NCBI GenBank assembly: GCA_036555375.1
Contig: DATBLJ010000031.1
Coordinates: forward strand, 1-62,040
From: Candidatus Limnocylindria bacterium
GTDB lineage: Bacteria; Chloroflexota; Limnocylindria; QHBO01
Direction: 5' to 3'
Length of the DNA: 62,040 nucleotides
The notes beneath the pieces are model-generated. The model was not told the DNA's origin and searched no databases. It was given only the letters and a program-made list of their open reading frames with translations. A program made the translations under genes and the position numbers. Shown piece by piece: positions 1 to 9,925 of this stretch. Every line of letters starts with the position of its first letter. Positions within the stretch are counted from its first letter, which is position 1.

Positions 1-2218
1 CGGTGAGCGGGTACAGGATGCCCGCCGCGACCGGGATGAGCAGGACGTTGTAGCCGAACGCCCAGACGAGGTTCTGGCGGATCGTTCGCATCGTGGCCCG
101 CGCCAGGCCGATGCCGATGGCCACCGCGCGCAGGTCGTCACCGAGCAGCGTCAGGTCGCTCGCCTCGATGGCCACGTCGGTGCCGGTCCCGATGGCGATG
201 CCGATGTCGGCCTGGGCGAGCGCCGGCGCGTCGTTCAGGCCGTCGCCGACCATCGCGACGCGGCGTCCCTGCGCCTGGAGCGCGGCCACGGCCTCGGCCT
301 TGCCGGCCGGCCTCACGTCGCCCACTACGCGCTCCAGCGGAATGCCCACCAGCTCACCGACGGATTGGGCTGCGGCTGCACGGTCACCGCTGACCAGCCA
401 CGCTTCGAGGCCCGCATTCTGGAGCTGCGCCACGGCGTCGCCGGCCTCGTCCTTGAGGCGATCGGCGACCACCAGGAGCCCGGCCGGCTGCCCGTCGGTG
501 GTGACCCAGATGACCGTCTGCGTCGCACCGTCCGCCGCCTCGACGGCGCGGGCAAGCGATTCGGCAATGGGTTCCAGGTCACCGAGAGCCCACCTGGCAC
601 TGCCGACCCGGACCGACTGTCCGTCCACCGTGCCCTCGACCCCGCCCCCGGGCGTGGCCAGGAAGTCGGTGACCGGCACCGACTCCGCGTCGATGCCGGC
701 GGCGCCGGCCCGCCGGACGACGGCCGAGGCGAGCGGATGCTCGCTGGCCTGTTCGACCGCGGCCGCCAGGCGGAGGACCTCGGTTGCCGCGGCGCCCTCG
801 GCGCCGACCCCATCGGTCGCGATGACCTCGGTCACCTCCGGACGACCCCGGGTGAGGGTGCCGGTCTTGTCGAGGACGACGTCGGTGACCGTGGCCGCGC
901 GCTCCATCGCGGCGCCGTCGCGGACGAGGATGCCCGCTTCCGCCCCCTTGCCGGCGGCGACCATCAGCGCAGTCGGCGTGGCGAGGCCCATCGCGCACGG
1001 GCAGGCGATGATCAGGACCCCGATCGCGCTCGACAGGGCCAGCGGCAGGCGGGGCTCCGGCCCGAGAGCCATCCAGGCCAGGAAGGTCAGCGCCGCGATC
1101 ACGGCGACCGCCGGCACGAACCAGGTCACGACCCGGTCGACGGCGCGCTGGATCGGGGCCTTCGACCCCTGGGCGTGCTCGACGAGCCGGGCGATCTGGG
1201 CCAGCGTCGTGTCGGCGCCCACCCGATCGGTGCGGACCACGAGCGTGCCGTGCTCGTTCAACGTCGCGCCGGTGACGCGGTCACCGACGGCCTTGTCGAC
1301 GGGGAGCGGCTCCCCGGTGAGCATGGCCTCGTCCACCGCGGATTGCCCCTCGACGACGACCCCGTCGACCGCGATCCGCTCGCCCGGCCGGACCCGAACC
1401 AGATCTCCGACCCGCACCTCGCCCAGCGGGACCTCGGCTTCGGATCCGTCCCGAACGATCCGGGCGGTCGCCGGCCGCATCCCGAGCAGGGCCCGGACGG
1501 CACCCGCCGCCTGGCCCTTCGCCCGGGCCTCGAGCCAGCGCCCGATGAGCACCAGGCCGATGATGATCGCCGCGGTCTCGAAGAACGTGTCGAGCGGCAA
1601 GCCGGCAGCCGTGACGGCGTCCGGCGCCAGCGCGATCACCGCCGAGTACCCGAACGCGGCCCAGGTCCCGAGAGCGACCAGGGTGTCCATCGTCAGCTCC
1701 CCGTGCGGCAGGCCGCGGAGCGCGCGCGCCGTGAACCGGCGGCCCAGCACCAGCTGGACGAACGTGGCCGGCACGAGCAGGACGAGGTTGAGCGCCTCCA
1801 TCGAAAGACCGATCCCGCCCGGCCACAGCCCGACGACCATCATCGCCAGGCCGATGGTGGTGGCGGCCACGCCGTCGCGCAGCAGCCCGCGCCGCTCGGC
1901 GGCGCGGGCCAGATCGGCGGCGTCGAGCTCGGCGTCGGCGGATGCGGCACTCCCGCCCGTGTCCAGGCTGGGCCGCACGTCGTAGCCGGCCGCCTCGATC
2001 GTCCCGACGATCCCGGCCCGATCGATCCGTGTCGGGTCGTAGGTGACCGCGGCCTGCTCACTGGCGAGGTTGACGGTGGCGGTCGTGACGCCCTCGGCGC
2101 GGTTCAGGAACCGCTCGATCCGGTTCACGCAGGTCGCGCAGGTCATCCCCTCGACGGGCAGCACGATCTCGAGCAGGGGAGCGGTCGAGGGGGTGGAGGC
2201 GGGGGAGCGGGTGGTCAT
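1..2218 (-). CDS. copA: Copper/heavy-metal translocating P1B-type ATPase; the C-terminus runs off the left window edge
   Basis: Absent from the ORF track because it is open at the edge. My reverse-complement translation from the ATG at 2218 gives MTTRSPAS... It contains an HMA motif [12 protein letters not shown], the transmembrane CPC motif ([13 protein letters not shown]), the phosphorylation site DKTGTLT and the hinge [32 protein letters not shown]. Confidence 0.93.
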   Translation of the reverse strand, partial: MTTRSPASTPSTAPLLEIVLPVEGMTCATCVNRIERFLNRAEGVTTATVNLASEQAAVTYDPTRIDRAGIVGTIEAAGYDVRPSLDTGGSAASADAELDAADLARAAERRGLLRDGVAATTIGLAMMVVGLWPGGIGLSMEALNLVLLVPATFVQLVLGRRFTARALRGLPHGELTMDTLVALGTWAAFGYSAVIALAPDAVTAAGLPLDTFFETAAIIIGLVLIGRWLEARAKGQAAGAVRALLGMRPATARIVRDGSEAEVPLGEVRVGDLVRVRPGERIAVDGVVVEGQSAVDEAMLTGEPLPVDKAVGDRVTGATLNEHGTLVVRTDRVGADTTLAQIARLVEHAQGSKAPIQRAVDRVVTWFVPAVAVIAALTFLAWMALGPEPRLPLALSSAIGVLIIACPCAMGLATPTALMVAAGKGAEAGILVRDGAAMERAATVTDVVLDKTGTLTRGRPEVTEVIATDGVGAEGAAATEVLRLAAAVEQASEHPLASAVVRRAGAAGIDAESVPVTDFLATPGGGVEGTVDGQSVRVGSARWALGDLEPIAESLARAVEAADGATQTVIWVTTDGQPAGLLVVADRLKDEAGDAVAQLQNAGLEAWLVSGDRAAAAQSVGELVGIPLERVVGDVRPAGKAEAVAALQAQGRRVAMVGDGLNDAPALAQADIGIAIGTGTDVAIEASDLTLLGDDLRAVAIGIGLARATMRTIRQNLVWAFGYNVLLIPVAAGILYPLT

Positions 2219-2243
2219 CGGTCCAGGCGGTTGGCGGGTCTCC

Positions 2244-2264
2244 GGATACTATGGGGGAGTATCC
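2244..2264. promoter_or_regulatory. CsoR-like operator: inverted repeat GGATACT-N7-AGTATCC with a G5/C5 core, 26 bp upstream of copA
   Basis: The sequence GGATACTATGGGGGAGTATCC is a perfect 7-bp inverted repeat around ATGGGGG. On the copA strand it reads ATACTCCCCCATAGTAT, which resembles CsoR operators as I remember them (TAC-C/G tract-GTA). It overlaps a TAGTAT -10-like hexamer on the copA strand. Confidence 0.45.
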
Positions 2265-2305
2265 ACCGAGGGTCAATCGGCCGGCGCCGCTGCTAGGCTG
2301 GCCAG

Positions 2306-3502
2306 ATGCGGGTCCTGATGCTGACCAACGAGTTCCCGCCATCGGTGTACGGCGGCGCCGGCATCCACGTCGAGGAGCTGACCGCGGCCCTCCGCGGGCG
2401 GATCGAGCTCGACATCCGGACCTTCGGGGAGCAGCGCCACGATGAGCCCGGCTACCGAGTGCGGGGCTACCCGGCCCCGATCGACGTGGGCGAGGCGCCC
2501 GAGCCGCTGCGGCCCGTGCTGTCGGCGTTCGGCCGCAACCTCGCGATGGCCGCCGACCCGCCCGCCGCCGACCTCGTCCATTGCCACACCTGGTACACCC
2601 ACCTCGGCGGCCTCGTCATCGGCCAGGCCTACGGCCTGCCGCTGGTCGTCACCGTCCACTCGCTGGAGCCGTTGCGGCCGTGGAAGCGCGAGCAGCTGGG
2701 GAGCGGCTACGAGGCCTCGGCCTGGGTCGAGCGCCAGGCGCTCGAGGCGGCGGATGCCGTCATCGCGGTGAGCGACGCCTCCCGGCAGGACATCGTCGAC
2801 CACTTCGCGGTCGACTCGAACCGGATCCACGTCGTCCACAACGGGATCGACGCCACCGCCTTCGCACCCGACCAGGGCCGAGAGGCCCTGTCCCGCCACG
2901 GGATCGACCCGAAGCAGCCCTACGTCCTGTTCGTCGGGCGGGTGACCCGCCAGAAGGGGATCACGACCCTCGTCGACGCGATGCCGCATCTCGACCCGCG
3001 GATCGGCGTCGTCCTGGCCGCCGGCCAGCCCGACACGCCGGAGCTGGCTCGAGAGGTGGAGGCCGGCATTGCCGAGGCCCAGGCGATCGCCCCGACGCGC
3101 GCCATCCACTGGATCCCGGAGATGCTCGACCGGAAGTCGGTCCGCCAGCTCTACACCCACGCCGCCGTCTTCGCCTGCCCATCGGTCTACGAGCCGTTCG
3201 GGATCACGAACCTCGAAGCCATGGCCTGCGGGGTGCCGGTCGTCGCGACGCGGGTCGGCGGCATCCCCGAGGTCGTCGTCCATGGCCGAACCGGCCTGCT
3301 CGTCGACGTTCCGGCCGAGGGGCGGACCGATGACGACCCGGCGGTCGCCCAGGCGCTGGCGGCGGCCATCAACGAGCTCGTCGCCGATCCGGCCCGGCGC
3401 GCGGCGATGGGTGAGGCCGGTCGGGAGCGGGCGATCGACCAGTTCAGCTGGGGCGGAGTCGCGAACCGGACGCTGGCCGTCTACGAGGCGGTCGTCGGGT
3501 AG
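2306..3502 (+). CDS. glgM: GT4 glycogen-synthase-like alpha-maltose-1-phosphate synthase (Corynebacterium/Mycobacterium-type GlgA = GlgM)
   Basis: 398 aa. MRVLMLTNEFPPSVYGGAGIHVEEL, HSLEPLRPWKREQLGSGY, FVGRVTRQKGI and CPSVYEPFGITNLEAMACGVPVV are near-colinear with my memory of M. tuberculosis Rv1212c. A TAGGCT box (2294-2299) lies 6 nt before the ATG with no SD, so the gene is probably leaderless. Confidence 0.85.
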   Translation: MRVLMLTNEFPPSVYGGAGIHVEELTAALRGRIELDIRTFGEQRHDEPGYRVRGYPAPIDVGEAPEPLRPVLSAFGRNLAMAADPPAADLVHCHTWYTHLGGLVIGQAYGLPLVVTVHSLEPLRPWKREQLGSGYEASAWVERQALEAADAVIAVSDASRQDIVDHFAVDSNRIHVVHNGIDATAFAPDQGREALSRHGIDPKQPYVLFVGRVTRQKGITTLVDAMPHLDPRIGVVLAAGQPDTPELAREVEAGIAEAQAIAPTRAIHWIPEMLDRKSVRQLYTHAAVFACPSVYEPFGITNLEAMACGVPVVATRVGGIPEVVVHGRTGLLVDVPAEGRTDDDPAVAQALAAAINELVADPARRAAMGEAGRERAIDQFSWGGVANRTLAVYEAVVG

Positions 3503-3509
3503 GGCCGCG

Positions 3510-4898
3510 GTGGGCAGCCCGGACGTCGGACGGATCTCGAGGCGCCGCCTCCTGCAGGCCGGCGCGCTGACCCCCGCCGCGTTCCTCGTGGCCTGCGCCG
3601 AATCGCTGGTGCCGACCCTGAGCCCGACCGCCCGGCCGACCGTCACGCTTGCGCCCACCGCGACGGCGAGCCCGTCGCTGACACCCATCCCGACCCCGGT
3701 CCCCACCCCGGCGCCGGCCGCCCCGGTGCTGTACCGCGGGGCCGCGCTGGTCGACGGCCGGGGTGCCCAGGCCCAGCGGAACGTCAGCCTGCTCGTCGCC
3801 GACGGGATCGTGCAATGGATCCGGCCGATCGACGGGGAGGAGTCCGTCGCCGGAGCCGCGGTGGTGGATGCCGCCGGTGCGACGATCGTGCCGGGGCTGG
3901 TGGATGCCCACGCGCATCTGACCGGCGCCGGCGGCCTCAATTGGATCGAGCGGTTCGGAGACCCGCCCGCCACGCTCGCCGCGACCGGTGAGGAGAACGC
4001 AGCGCTCGCGTGGCGGGCCGGCGTCCGCTGGGTCCGGGACCTCGGCGCCCCGATCGTGACCGACCCGGTCGACGGCCGGGTCCGCGCGGCCTCGCTCGGC
4101 GTCCGCGACCGGCTCCGCGGACGCTTCGGCTTCCCCGAGATCCGCGCGGCGGGGAGCTGGGTCTCGCGAGCCGGCACGCTGTCCGGCCGGATCACCGCCG
4201 AGGCCCGTAACGCGGACGAGCTGCTCGCGGTCGCCCTCCAGCAGCTCGACGACGGGGCCGATCTCGTGAAGCTCTACCTCGAGGGACCCGACCCGTCCCG
4301 CACGCCGTGGTCGATCGCAGAGACGAAGCGGGTCGTGGACGCCGTCCACGCGCGCGGCGCCCGGGTGGCGGCCCACGCGGGGCGGATCAACGACATCCGG
4401 ACCGGGGTCGAGGCCGGGGTCGACACGATCGAGCACGGGACCGAGCTGGACGCCTACACGGCGCGCCGCATGCACGACCTCGGGACGATCCTCGTCTCGA
4501 CGCTGACCGTCTTCCACTCGTGGCTGAGCTTCGCGAATACGACGACCGCCCCGTTCTACGCTGCGCGCTCCTCGATCAACCGGGTCCAGGGCCAGCTCGA
4601 GGGCGCCCAGGCCGGGGTCCGCGCCGCCCGAGCGGCCGGCGTGGCCATCGCCGCCGGCTCGGACTCCGGGGGCGGGTCATCGCGGGCCAACCACATCGGC
4701 TGGGAGTTCGAGGCCCTGATCCAGGCCGGCTTTCCGCCGGTCGAGGCGCTGGCGGCCGTCACCTGGCGGGGCGGGGAGGCGCTCGCCGAGCCGGAGGCCG
4801 GCGTCATTCGGGAGGGTGGCCCGGCTCGCTTCTTCCTCGTCCACGGCGACCCGCTGAGCGATCCCGGGGCGATCTGGCGCGTCTGGCGCCACGTCTGA
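3510..4898 (+). CDS. Amidohydrolase-superfamily metallohydrolase, predicted Tat-exported lipoprotein
   Basis: An in-frame GTG at 3510 follows the glgM stop directly. The N-terminus is VGSPDVGRISRRRLLQAGALTPAAFLVAC, which combines a twin-arginine motif with a lipobox Cys. The HxH metal motif is PGLVDAHAHL. The track ORF start at 3069 lies inside glgM and was rejected. Confidence 0.8.
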   Translation: MGSPDVGRISRRRLLQAGALTPAAFLVACAESLVPTLSPTARPTVTLAPTATASPSLTPIPTPVPTPAPAAPVLYRGAALVDGRGAQAQRNVSLLVADGIVQWIRPIDGEESVAGAAVVDAAGATIVPGLVDAHAHLTGAGGLNWIERFGDPPATLAATGEENAALAWRAGVRWVRDLGAPIVTDPVDGRVRAASLGVRDRLRGRFGFPEIRAAGSWVSRAGTLSGRITAEARNADELLAVALQQLDDGADLVKLYLEGPDPSRTPWSIAETKRVVDAVHARGARVAAHAGRINDIRTGVEAGVDTIEHGTELDAYTARRMHDLGTILVSTLTVFHSWLSFANTTTAPFYAARSSINRVQGQLEGAQAGVRAARAAGVAIAAGSDSGGGSSRANHIGWEFEALIQAGFPPVEALAAVTWRGGEALAEPEAGVIREGGPARFFLVHGDPLSDPGAIWRVWRHV

Positions 4899-4922
4899 GG
4901 CGCCGGGTACCATCGGCCCTCC

Positions 4923-5708
4923 ATGAGCGTCGCCCCAAACTCGACCACTGGCGCACCGATCCTCGTCGTCCGCGACCTGCGGAAGGCGTACGGCTCGCTC
5001 CAGGCGGTCGACGGGGTGAGCTTCGAGGTCCGCGAGGGCGAGGTCTTCGGGATCCTTGGCCCCAACGGCGCGGGCAAGACGACGACCCTCGAGATGATCG
5101 AGGGCATGCGCCCCATCGACGGGGGCACGGCCACCGTGGACGGGCTGGACGCGGGGTCGGAACCACGGGCGGTCAAGGCCCGGATCGGGATCCAGCTCCA
5201 GTCCTCGTCGTTCTTCGACGAGCTGAACCTGACCGAGCTGCTCGTCCTGTTCGGCCACCTGTACCACGTCCAGGCGGATGCCCCGGCGCTCCTCGAGCAG
5301 GTGGGCCTCACCGAGAAGGCGAAGGCCCGGGTCCGGCACCTGTCCGGCGGCCAGAAGCAGCGGTTCAGCATTGCCGCGGCGCTCGTCAACGACCCGCGGA
5401 TCCTGTTCCTCGACGAGCCGACGACCGGTCTCGACCCGCAGGCCCGACGCCACATGTGGGGCCTGATCAGCGAGATCCGCGTGCGCGGCCACACGGTGAT
5501 CCTGACGACCCACAACATGGAGGAGGCGGAGGCGCTCTGTGACCGGGTCGCGATCATGGACGCGGGCAAGATCGTCGCTCTCGACACGCCCGACAAGCTG
5601 ATCAACGCGCTCCTCGACCGCGGCTTCACGAAGGAGCGTCGGGAGCGGCTCGCCAACCTCGAGGACGTGTTCATCGACCTCACCGGCCACGAGCTTCGCG
5701 AGGACTGA
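4923..5708 (+). CDS. ABC transporter ATP-binding protein (ABC-2/DrrA-like exporter subunit)
   Basis: Walker A GPNGAGKTT, signature LSGGQKQR and Walker B LFLDEPTTGLD. A TACCAT box (4908-4913) lies 9 nt upstream of the ATG. Confidence 0.92.
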   Translation: MSVAPNSTTGAPILVVRDLRKAYGSLQAVDGVSFEVREGEVFGILGPNGAGKTTTLEMIEGMRPIDGGTATVDGLDAGSEPRAVKARIGIQLQSSSFFDELNLTELLVLFGHLYHVQADAPALLEQVGLTEKAKARVRHLSGGQKQRFSIAAALVNDPRILFLDEPTTGLDPQARRHMWGLISEIRVRGHTVILTTHNMEEAEALCDRVAIMDAGKIVALDTPDKLINALLDRGFTKERRERLANLEDVFIDLTGHELRED

Positions 5709-5711
5709 CCG

Positions 5712-6806
5712 ATGGCCGGGCGAGTCGAGATCTTCTGGCACCTCTTCGTCGCGTCGGCCAAGACCTTCCTCCGCGACCGGACGGCCGTCTTCTTCAGCTT
5801 CTTCCTGCCGCTCGTGATCATGCTGATCTTCGGGGTGCTGAACTTCGGCGCCGCCGCCGAGCTCGAGGTCGGCGTCGTCGACGAGGCCGGGACGGCCTCG
5901 AGCCAGGGGGTGATCACCGCCTTCGGCCAGGTGCCGATATTGACCATCACCGAGGGATCCCGGGAGGACGAGCTGGCAGCGCTGGAGGAGGGCGACCGGG
6001 CACTGGTCGTCGTGTTCCCCGAGGGCTGGGAGCTCATCCCGCCTGGATCGGACGGATTCCAGCCGCTGACCGCCTTCACGAACGAGGCGACTGCCCAGGA
6101 AGGGCAGACCGCCCTGCTGGTCGTGAACGCGGTCGTCGCCCAGGCCCTGGTCACGGCCGGTGGCGGCTCACCCGAGCCGCTCGTCGTCGTCGAGGAGGTG
6201 GCCGGTCGCGACCTCGGCTACATCGACTTCCTCGTCCCCGGCATCCTGGGGCTGACGATCATGCAGCTCGGCCTCTTCAGCGTGGCGTTCGGCTTCGTCC
6301 AGCTCAAGACCACCGGCACCCTGCGCCGGCTGTTCGCGACGCCGACCTCCCCGAACTACTTCCTCGGGGCGCAGGTCAGCTCACGTCTGCTCATCACCAT
6401 CGTCCAGGTGCTGATCCTCCTGGGCGTGGGCATCTGGTTCGGGGTCCAGCTGGTCGGCAGCATCTTCGTCGTCCTGGCGCTCAGCATCGTCGGCTCGATC
6501 GTGTTCCTGGCGATGGGCTTCGGCGTCGCGGGCTGGGCGAAGAACGAGAACCAGGCAGCCCCGGTGGCCAACCTGATCAGCCTGCCGATGATGTTCCTGT
6601 CCGGGTCGTTCTTCCCCCGGGAGGCGATGCCCGAGTTCCTCCAGCAGGTGACCCGCTTCCTGCCGCTGACCTACCTGAACGACGCGCTGCGGGCCGTCAT
6701 CAACGACGGGGCCGGCCTGGACGTCATCGGGCCGGACATCATCGGCCTCGCCGTCTGGGCGGTCATCTCGTTCGTCATCGCCACCCGCCTGTTCAAGTGG
6801 GAATGA
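5712..6806 (+). CDS. ABC-2 type transporter permease
   Basis: 364 aa and polytopic. It starts 3 nt after the ATPase stop and has the typical ABC-2 layout: an N-terminal TM segment, a large loop, then a C-terminal bundle of 5 TM segments. Confidence 0.85.
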   Translation: MAGRVEIFWHLFVASAKTFLRDRTAVFFSFFLPLVIMLIFGVLNFGAAAELEVGVVDEAGTASSQGVITAFGQVPILTITEGSREDELAALEEGDRALVVVFPEGWELIPPGSDGFQPLTAFTNEATAQEGQTALLVVNAVVAQALVTAGGGSPEPLVVVEEVAGRDLGYIDFLVPGILGLTIMQLGLFSVAFGFVQLKTTGTLRRLFATPTSPNYFLGAQVSSRLLITIVQVLILLGVGIWFGVQLVGSIFVVLALSIVGSIVFLAMGFGVAGWAKNENQAAPVANLISLPMMFLSGSFFPREAMPEFLQQVTRFLPLTYLNDALRAVINDGAGLDVIGPDIIGLAVWAVISFVIATRLFKWE

Positions 6807-7201
6807 CCGAGCCGGACCGCAGCGTCGCCTGGATCCTCCGGATCGAGTCGGCGGCGATCGGGGTGGCGGGCGTCGTCGCCTGGCTGACCATCGGCGGCTC
6901 GCCGATCCTGCTGATCCCGGCGCTGCTGATTCCCGACCTTTCGGCGCTCGGCTACCTGGCCGGGCCCCGGGTCGGCGCGATCACCTACAACCTCGTCCAC
7001 AACTGGGCAATCGCGGTGGCGTTCGCCCTGCTCGCGATCTTCGGCCACACGCTGTGGCCGCTGGCGGTCGCCGCGATCCTGGCGGCACACGTCGGTTTCG
7101 ACCGGGCGCTCGGCTACGGGCTGAAGCTGCCGACCTCGTTCCAGGACACGCACCTCGGCCGCATCGGCCGCCGGCGGCCGGAGGCGGCTACCGGTCCCTG
7201 A
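6797..7201 (+). CDS. DUF4260-like small membrane protein
   Basis: 134 aa. Motifs LLIPDLSALGYL, YNLVHNW and HVGFDRALGYGLK match my memory of the DUF4260 family. It overlaps the permease stop by 10 nt. Confidence 0.6.
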   Translation: MGMTEPDRSVAWILRIESAAIGVAGVVAWLTIGGSPILLIPALLIPDLSALGYLAGPRVGAITYNLVHNWAIAVAFALLAIFGHTLWPLAVAAILAAHVGFDRALGYGLKLPTSFQDTHLGRIGRRRPEAATGP

Positions 7202-7439
7202 CCGGCGCGGCTGAGCGTCGGCCGGTCGCAACCGGCGGCCTCGGTCGACGGACGAGCAGCGCGGCCAAGCCGGCCACGGCGACGCACGTCAGGACCGGCA
7301 CGGCAGCCTTCGCTGCTCGAGGTGGGAGGACCAACTCGAACAGTGGGACCGGATCACCGAGTCGCCGCTGGAATGGCCCCAGGGGGCAGTTTCCGCGGCC
7401 GACGACCAGGGCCGTCCCTTCGACCAGGAGGAGTCCCAC
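7188..7439 (-). CDS. Small membrane protein with a GNCPL motif; the N-terminus is probably incomplete as drawn
   Basis: GTG start at 7439. The frame stays open and coding-like, with a hydrophobic segment AAHAIYAGVQLAALGYVWTCAL, for about 40 more codons upstream. That extension contains no ATG, GTG or TTG. Confidence 0.35.
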   Translation of the reverse strand: MGLLLVEGTALVVGRGNCPLGPFQRRLGDPVPLFELVLPPRAAKAAVPVLTCVAVAGLAALLVRRPRPPVATGRRSAAPVRDR

Positions 7440-7612
7440 GCTGGCGGCGAGGGCTGCGTCGCGCCGACGTGTCAGTGCGCAGGTCCAGACGTAACCCAGG
7501 GCCGCGAGCTGGACCCCGGCATAGATCGCGTGGGCGGCCCTGAATCCGAGGGCCTCACGGCTGAGCTCGTGATCGGTCGCTAGTCGGGTGACCGGAGTTC
7601 CTGGCGTGCCCG

Positions 7613-8293
7613 TCAGGTGCCGTCGCCGCCGAGGTGGTGCTTCGCGACGAAGGCCGCAGCCTGCGCGCGGCGCTGGAGGTCGAGCTTCGACAGGATGGAC
7701 GAGACGTAGTTCTTGACGGTCTTCTCGGACAGGAAGACCTCGCCCGCGATCTCCCGGTTGGTCTTTCCCTCCGCCACGAGCATGAGGATCTTTCGCTCCT
7801 GCGACGTGAGCGTCGCGAGCTCATCGTGGGCGTCCCCGGCGGCGAGGCGCCGAACGCGCTCCAGGACCCGCTCGGTGACCGCGGGGTCCAGCAGTGAGTC
7901 GCCGCGGCCCACCGCCTCGAGGGCGGCGACGAGGTCCCGGCCGCGGATCTCCTTCAGCAGGTAGCCGCTCGCGCCGGCGAGGATGGCTGCCAGGACGGCC
8001 TCCTCGTCCGGGTAGCTGGTCAGCATCACGACCCGGGTCGCGGGCCGCTCCGCGCGGATGGCTCGGCAGGCTTCAACGCCGTTGCCATCGGGAAGCCGCA
8101 CGTCCATGAGCACCAGATCGGGCTGGTAGCGGCCGGCGGCCGAGATCCCGTCGGCCATGGTGCCGACATCCGCCACGACCTGGAATGCCGGACGCCGATC
8201 GAGCAGCGCCCGAAGTCCCTGGCGCACGACCTCGTGGTCGTCGACGAGGAGCACGCGAAGCGGCTTCGTCGCCGGCCGTTCGGTCCCGGTCAC
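7613..8293 (-). CDS. NarL/LuxR-family response regulator
   Basis: Receiver domain (LLVDDHEVV, VLMDVRLPDGNG) plus a LuxR-type HTH (LTSQERKILMLVAEGKTNREIAGEVFLSEKTVKNYVSSILSKL). Its start forms a GTGA overlap with the kinase stop. Confidence 0.93.
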   Translation of the reverse strand: MTGTERPATKPLRVLLVDDHEVVRQGLRALLDRRPAFQVVADVGTMADGISAAGRYQPDLVLMDVRLPDGNGVEACRAIRAERPATRVVMLTSYPDEEAVLAAILAGASGYLLKEIRGRDLVAALEAVGRGDSLLDPAVTERVLERVRRLAAGDAHDELATLTSQERKILMLVAEGKTNREIAGEVFLSEKTVKNYVSSILSKLDLQRRAQAAAFVAKHHLGGDGT

Positions 8294-9453
8294 CGGGGAC
8301 CTCCCGGGCGTTGCGACGGCACCTCGGCCGCCACCTGGGTGCCGGTGCCGGTCGTCGACGTGACGACCAGCCGCCCGCCGAGCGCCGCCGCCCGGTCGCG
8401 CATGTTGATCATCCCGTGGTGCTGGGGATCCGCCGGCCGGCCCGGGTCGAATCCGCGGCCGTCGTCGGTGATCGTCAGGCGTGCCGTCTGGTCCGAGAAT
8501 GCGAGTCGTAGCGTGGCGTGCTTCGCCGCCGCGTGCCGGCCCACGTTGCTGAGCCCCTCTCGGGCGATCGCCACCAGCTCGCGCGCCAGCTCGGGAGGGA
8601 GGAGCGGGTCGCCTTCGATCTCCACGCTGACGGCGGTGTGCCCGGATCGAGCCAACTCATCCGCGAGCTCGAGCAGGGCGGCGCGGAGGTCGCCCGCCGA
8701 CAGGAGCACGGGACGAAGGTCGTAGATGAACGATCGAATGTCGCCGATCGCGGATTGGAGGGCCTCGATCGACCGCTCCACCCGGTCGCGGGCGTCACCG
8801 GGCGCCTCATCCATCAGCTCGGGCACGTCATCGAGGGCCAGCGTGACCGCGTACAGCCGCTGGATGACCCCATCATGCAGGTCGCGACCGATCCGGTCGC
8901 GTTCCTCCACGACGGCCAGGCGCCGCACCTGCTCGTGCAACCGAGCGTTGTCGATGGCGATGGCCGCATGCAGGGCAAACCGCTCGACCAGCTGCTGGTC
9001 CTCGAGGCTGAACTCCGCCGCCGCGCGCTTGTTCGTCAGGTAGAAGTTGCCGATCGCGCGGTCGCGGAGCCGGATGGGGACGCCCAGGAAACTGTGCATG
9101 GGCGGGTGGTTCGCCGGAAAGCCACTGCTCCGCGGGTCGGCGCCGATCTCGGGGATGCGAACGGACGTGCTCTCCCGGATGATGAGGCCCAGCAGGCCGA
9201 GGCCCACCGGCAGGGCGCCGATCCGGCTCCGGTGCGCGGCCGTGATCCCGCTCGTGACGAACCGCTCGAGCGTCGCATCCGGACCCACGATTCCGATCGC
9301 CGCGTACTCGCCATCCGCCAGGTCCCGCACCCGATCGACAATCAGCTGCAGGACACGGTCCAGGTCGAGCTCGCCGGCGATGCTCCGAACCGCGGCATCC
9401 AGCGTTTCGCGCTCACGATTGGACCGATCAACGAGCCCGACGCGGTCGTCCAC
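8290..9453 (-). CDS. GAF-domain sensor histidine kinase (HisKA_3 type)
   Basis: A GAF-like N-terminal half is followed by the H-box ERDRIGRDLHDGVIQRLYA and an HATPase region (GLSNVGRHA, ITDDGRGF, GMINMRDRAAALGG). I chose the GTG at 9453 because a TACCGT box (9461-9466) lies 7 nt upstream. The track start at 9639 overlaps the cupin gene. A GTG at 9492 is an alternative start. Confidence 0.85.
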   Translation of the reverse strand: MDDRVGLVDRSNRERETLDAAVRSIAGELDLDRVLQLIVDRVRDLADGEYAAIGIVGPDATLERFVTSGITAAHRSRIGALPVGLGLLGLIIRESTSVRIPEIGADPRSSGFPANHPPMHSFLGVPIRLRDRAIGNFYLTNKRAAAEFSLEDQQLVERFALHAAIAIDNARLHEQVRRLAVVEERDRIGRDLHDGVIQRLYAVTLALDDVPELMDEAPGDARDRVERSIEALQSAIGDIRSFIYDLRPVLLSAGDLRAALLELADELARSGHTAVSVEIEGDPLLPPELARELVAIAREGLSNVGRHAAAKHATLRLAFSDQTARLTITDDGRGFDPGRPADPQHHGMINMRDRAAALGGRLVVTSTTGTGTQVAAEVPSQRPGGPR

Positions 9454-9553
9454 GGACGTGACGGTAGCAGCCCCCCGCGGGCCACTGGTCACCAAACTGT
9501 CGTGACCCCGTCGGCAGATACCTCGACGCGATCTCCCCCAACGGGCGACCCGT

Positions 9554-9925
9554 TCACGCGCTCCCTTCCTCGCGTTCGGCGCGGTCGGCGTCGGCCTTCG
9601 TGAGGTGCACCGTCCCGGGTGCGTGATGCGGCGGGGCATAGATCGTGTAGAGCCTCAGCACGCCCCGCCCGGTGTTGACGAAGTTGTGGATCGTGCCGGC
9701 GCGGACGAAGACGAGCTCCTGCGCCGCCACGCGGAATGTCTCCCCGCCGATCCGTGCCTCGCCCTCGCCGTCGACGAAGACGAGCGCCTGGTCGGTATCC
9801 GGATGGACCTCCTCGCCGATCTCGCCGCCAGGCGGGATTGCCATGGCCACGACCTGCTCATGGGCGCCGGTGATGAGCTCCCGCCGGAATGCATCGTTCT
9901 CGCGGGTGGCCTCGACGATGTTCAT
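9554..9925 (-). CDS. Cupin-domain protein
   Basis: 123 aa with the cupin core GGEIGEEVHPDTDQALVFVDGEGE ... AGTIHNFVNTG. Its start forms an ATGA overlap with the flavodoxin-like gene stop. Confidence 0.8.
   Translation of the reverse strand: MNIVEATRENDAFRRELITGAHEQVVAMAIPPGGEIGEEVHPDTDQALVFVDGEGEARIGGETFRVAAQELVFVRAGTIHNFVNTGRGVLRLYTIYAPPHHAPGTVHLTKADADRAEREEGSA

Noticed and set aside
93-2296. Long plus-strand ORFs 93..1985 (630 aa) and 365..2296 (643 aa)
   Set aside because: Both are Arg/Ala/Pro/Ser-rich with no recognisable motifs. They are off-frame shadows of the minus-strand copA gene, whose P-type ATPase motifs are unambiguous.
2273-4195. 640-aa minus-strand ORF, and similar large shadow ORFs (21332..23344, 34490..36391, 36398..38098, 43779..45983, 45293..47641, 48178..49719, 49722..51500, 51583..53082, 56060..57361)
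   Set aside because: Each lies antisense to, or out of frame with, a gene that has clear family motifs. Their translations show the R/P/G/A-rich composition typical of non-coding frames in high-GC DNA.
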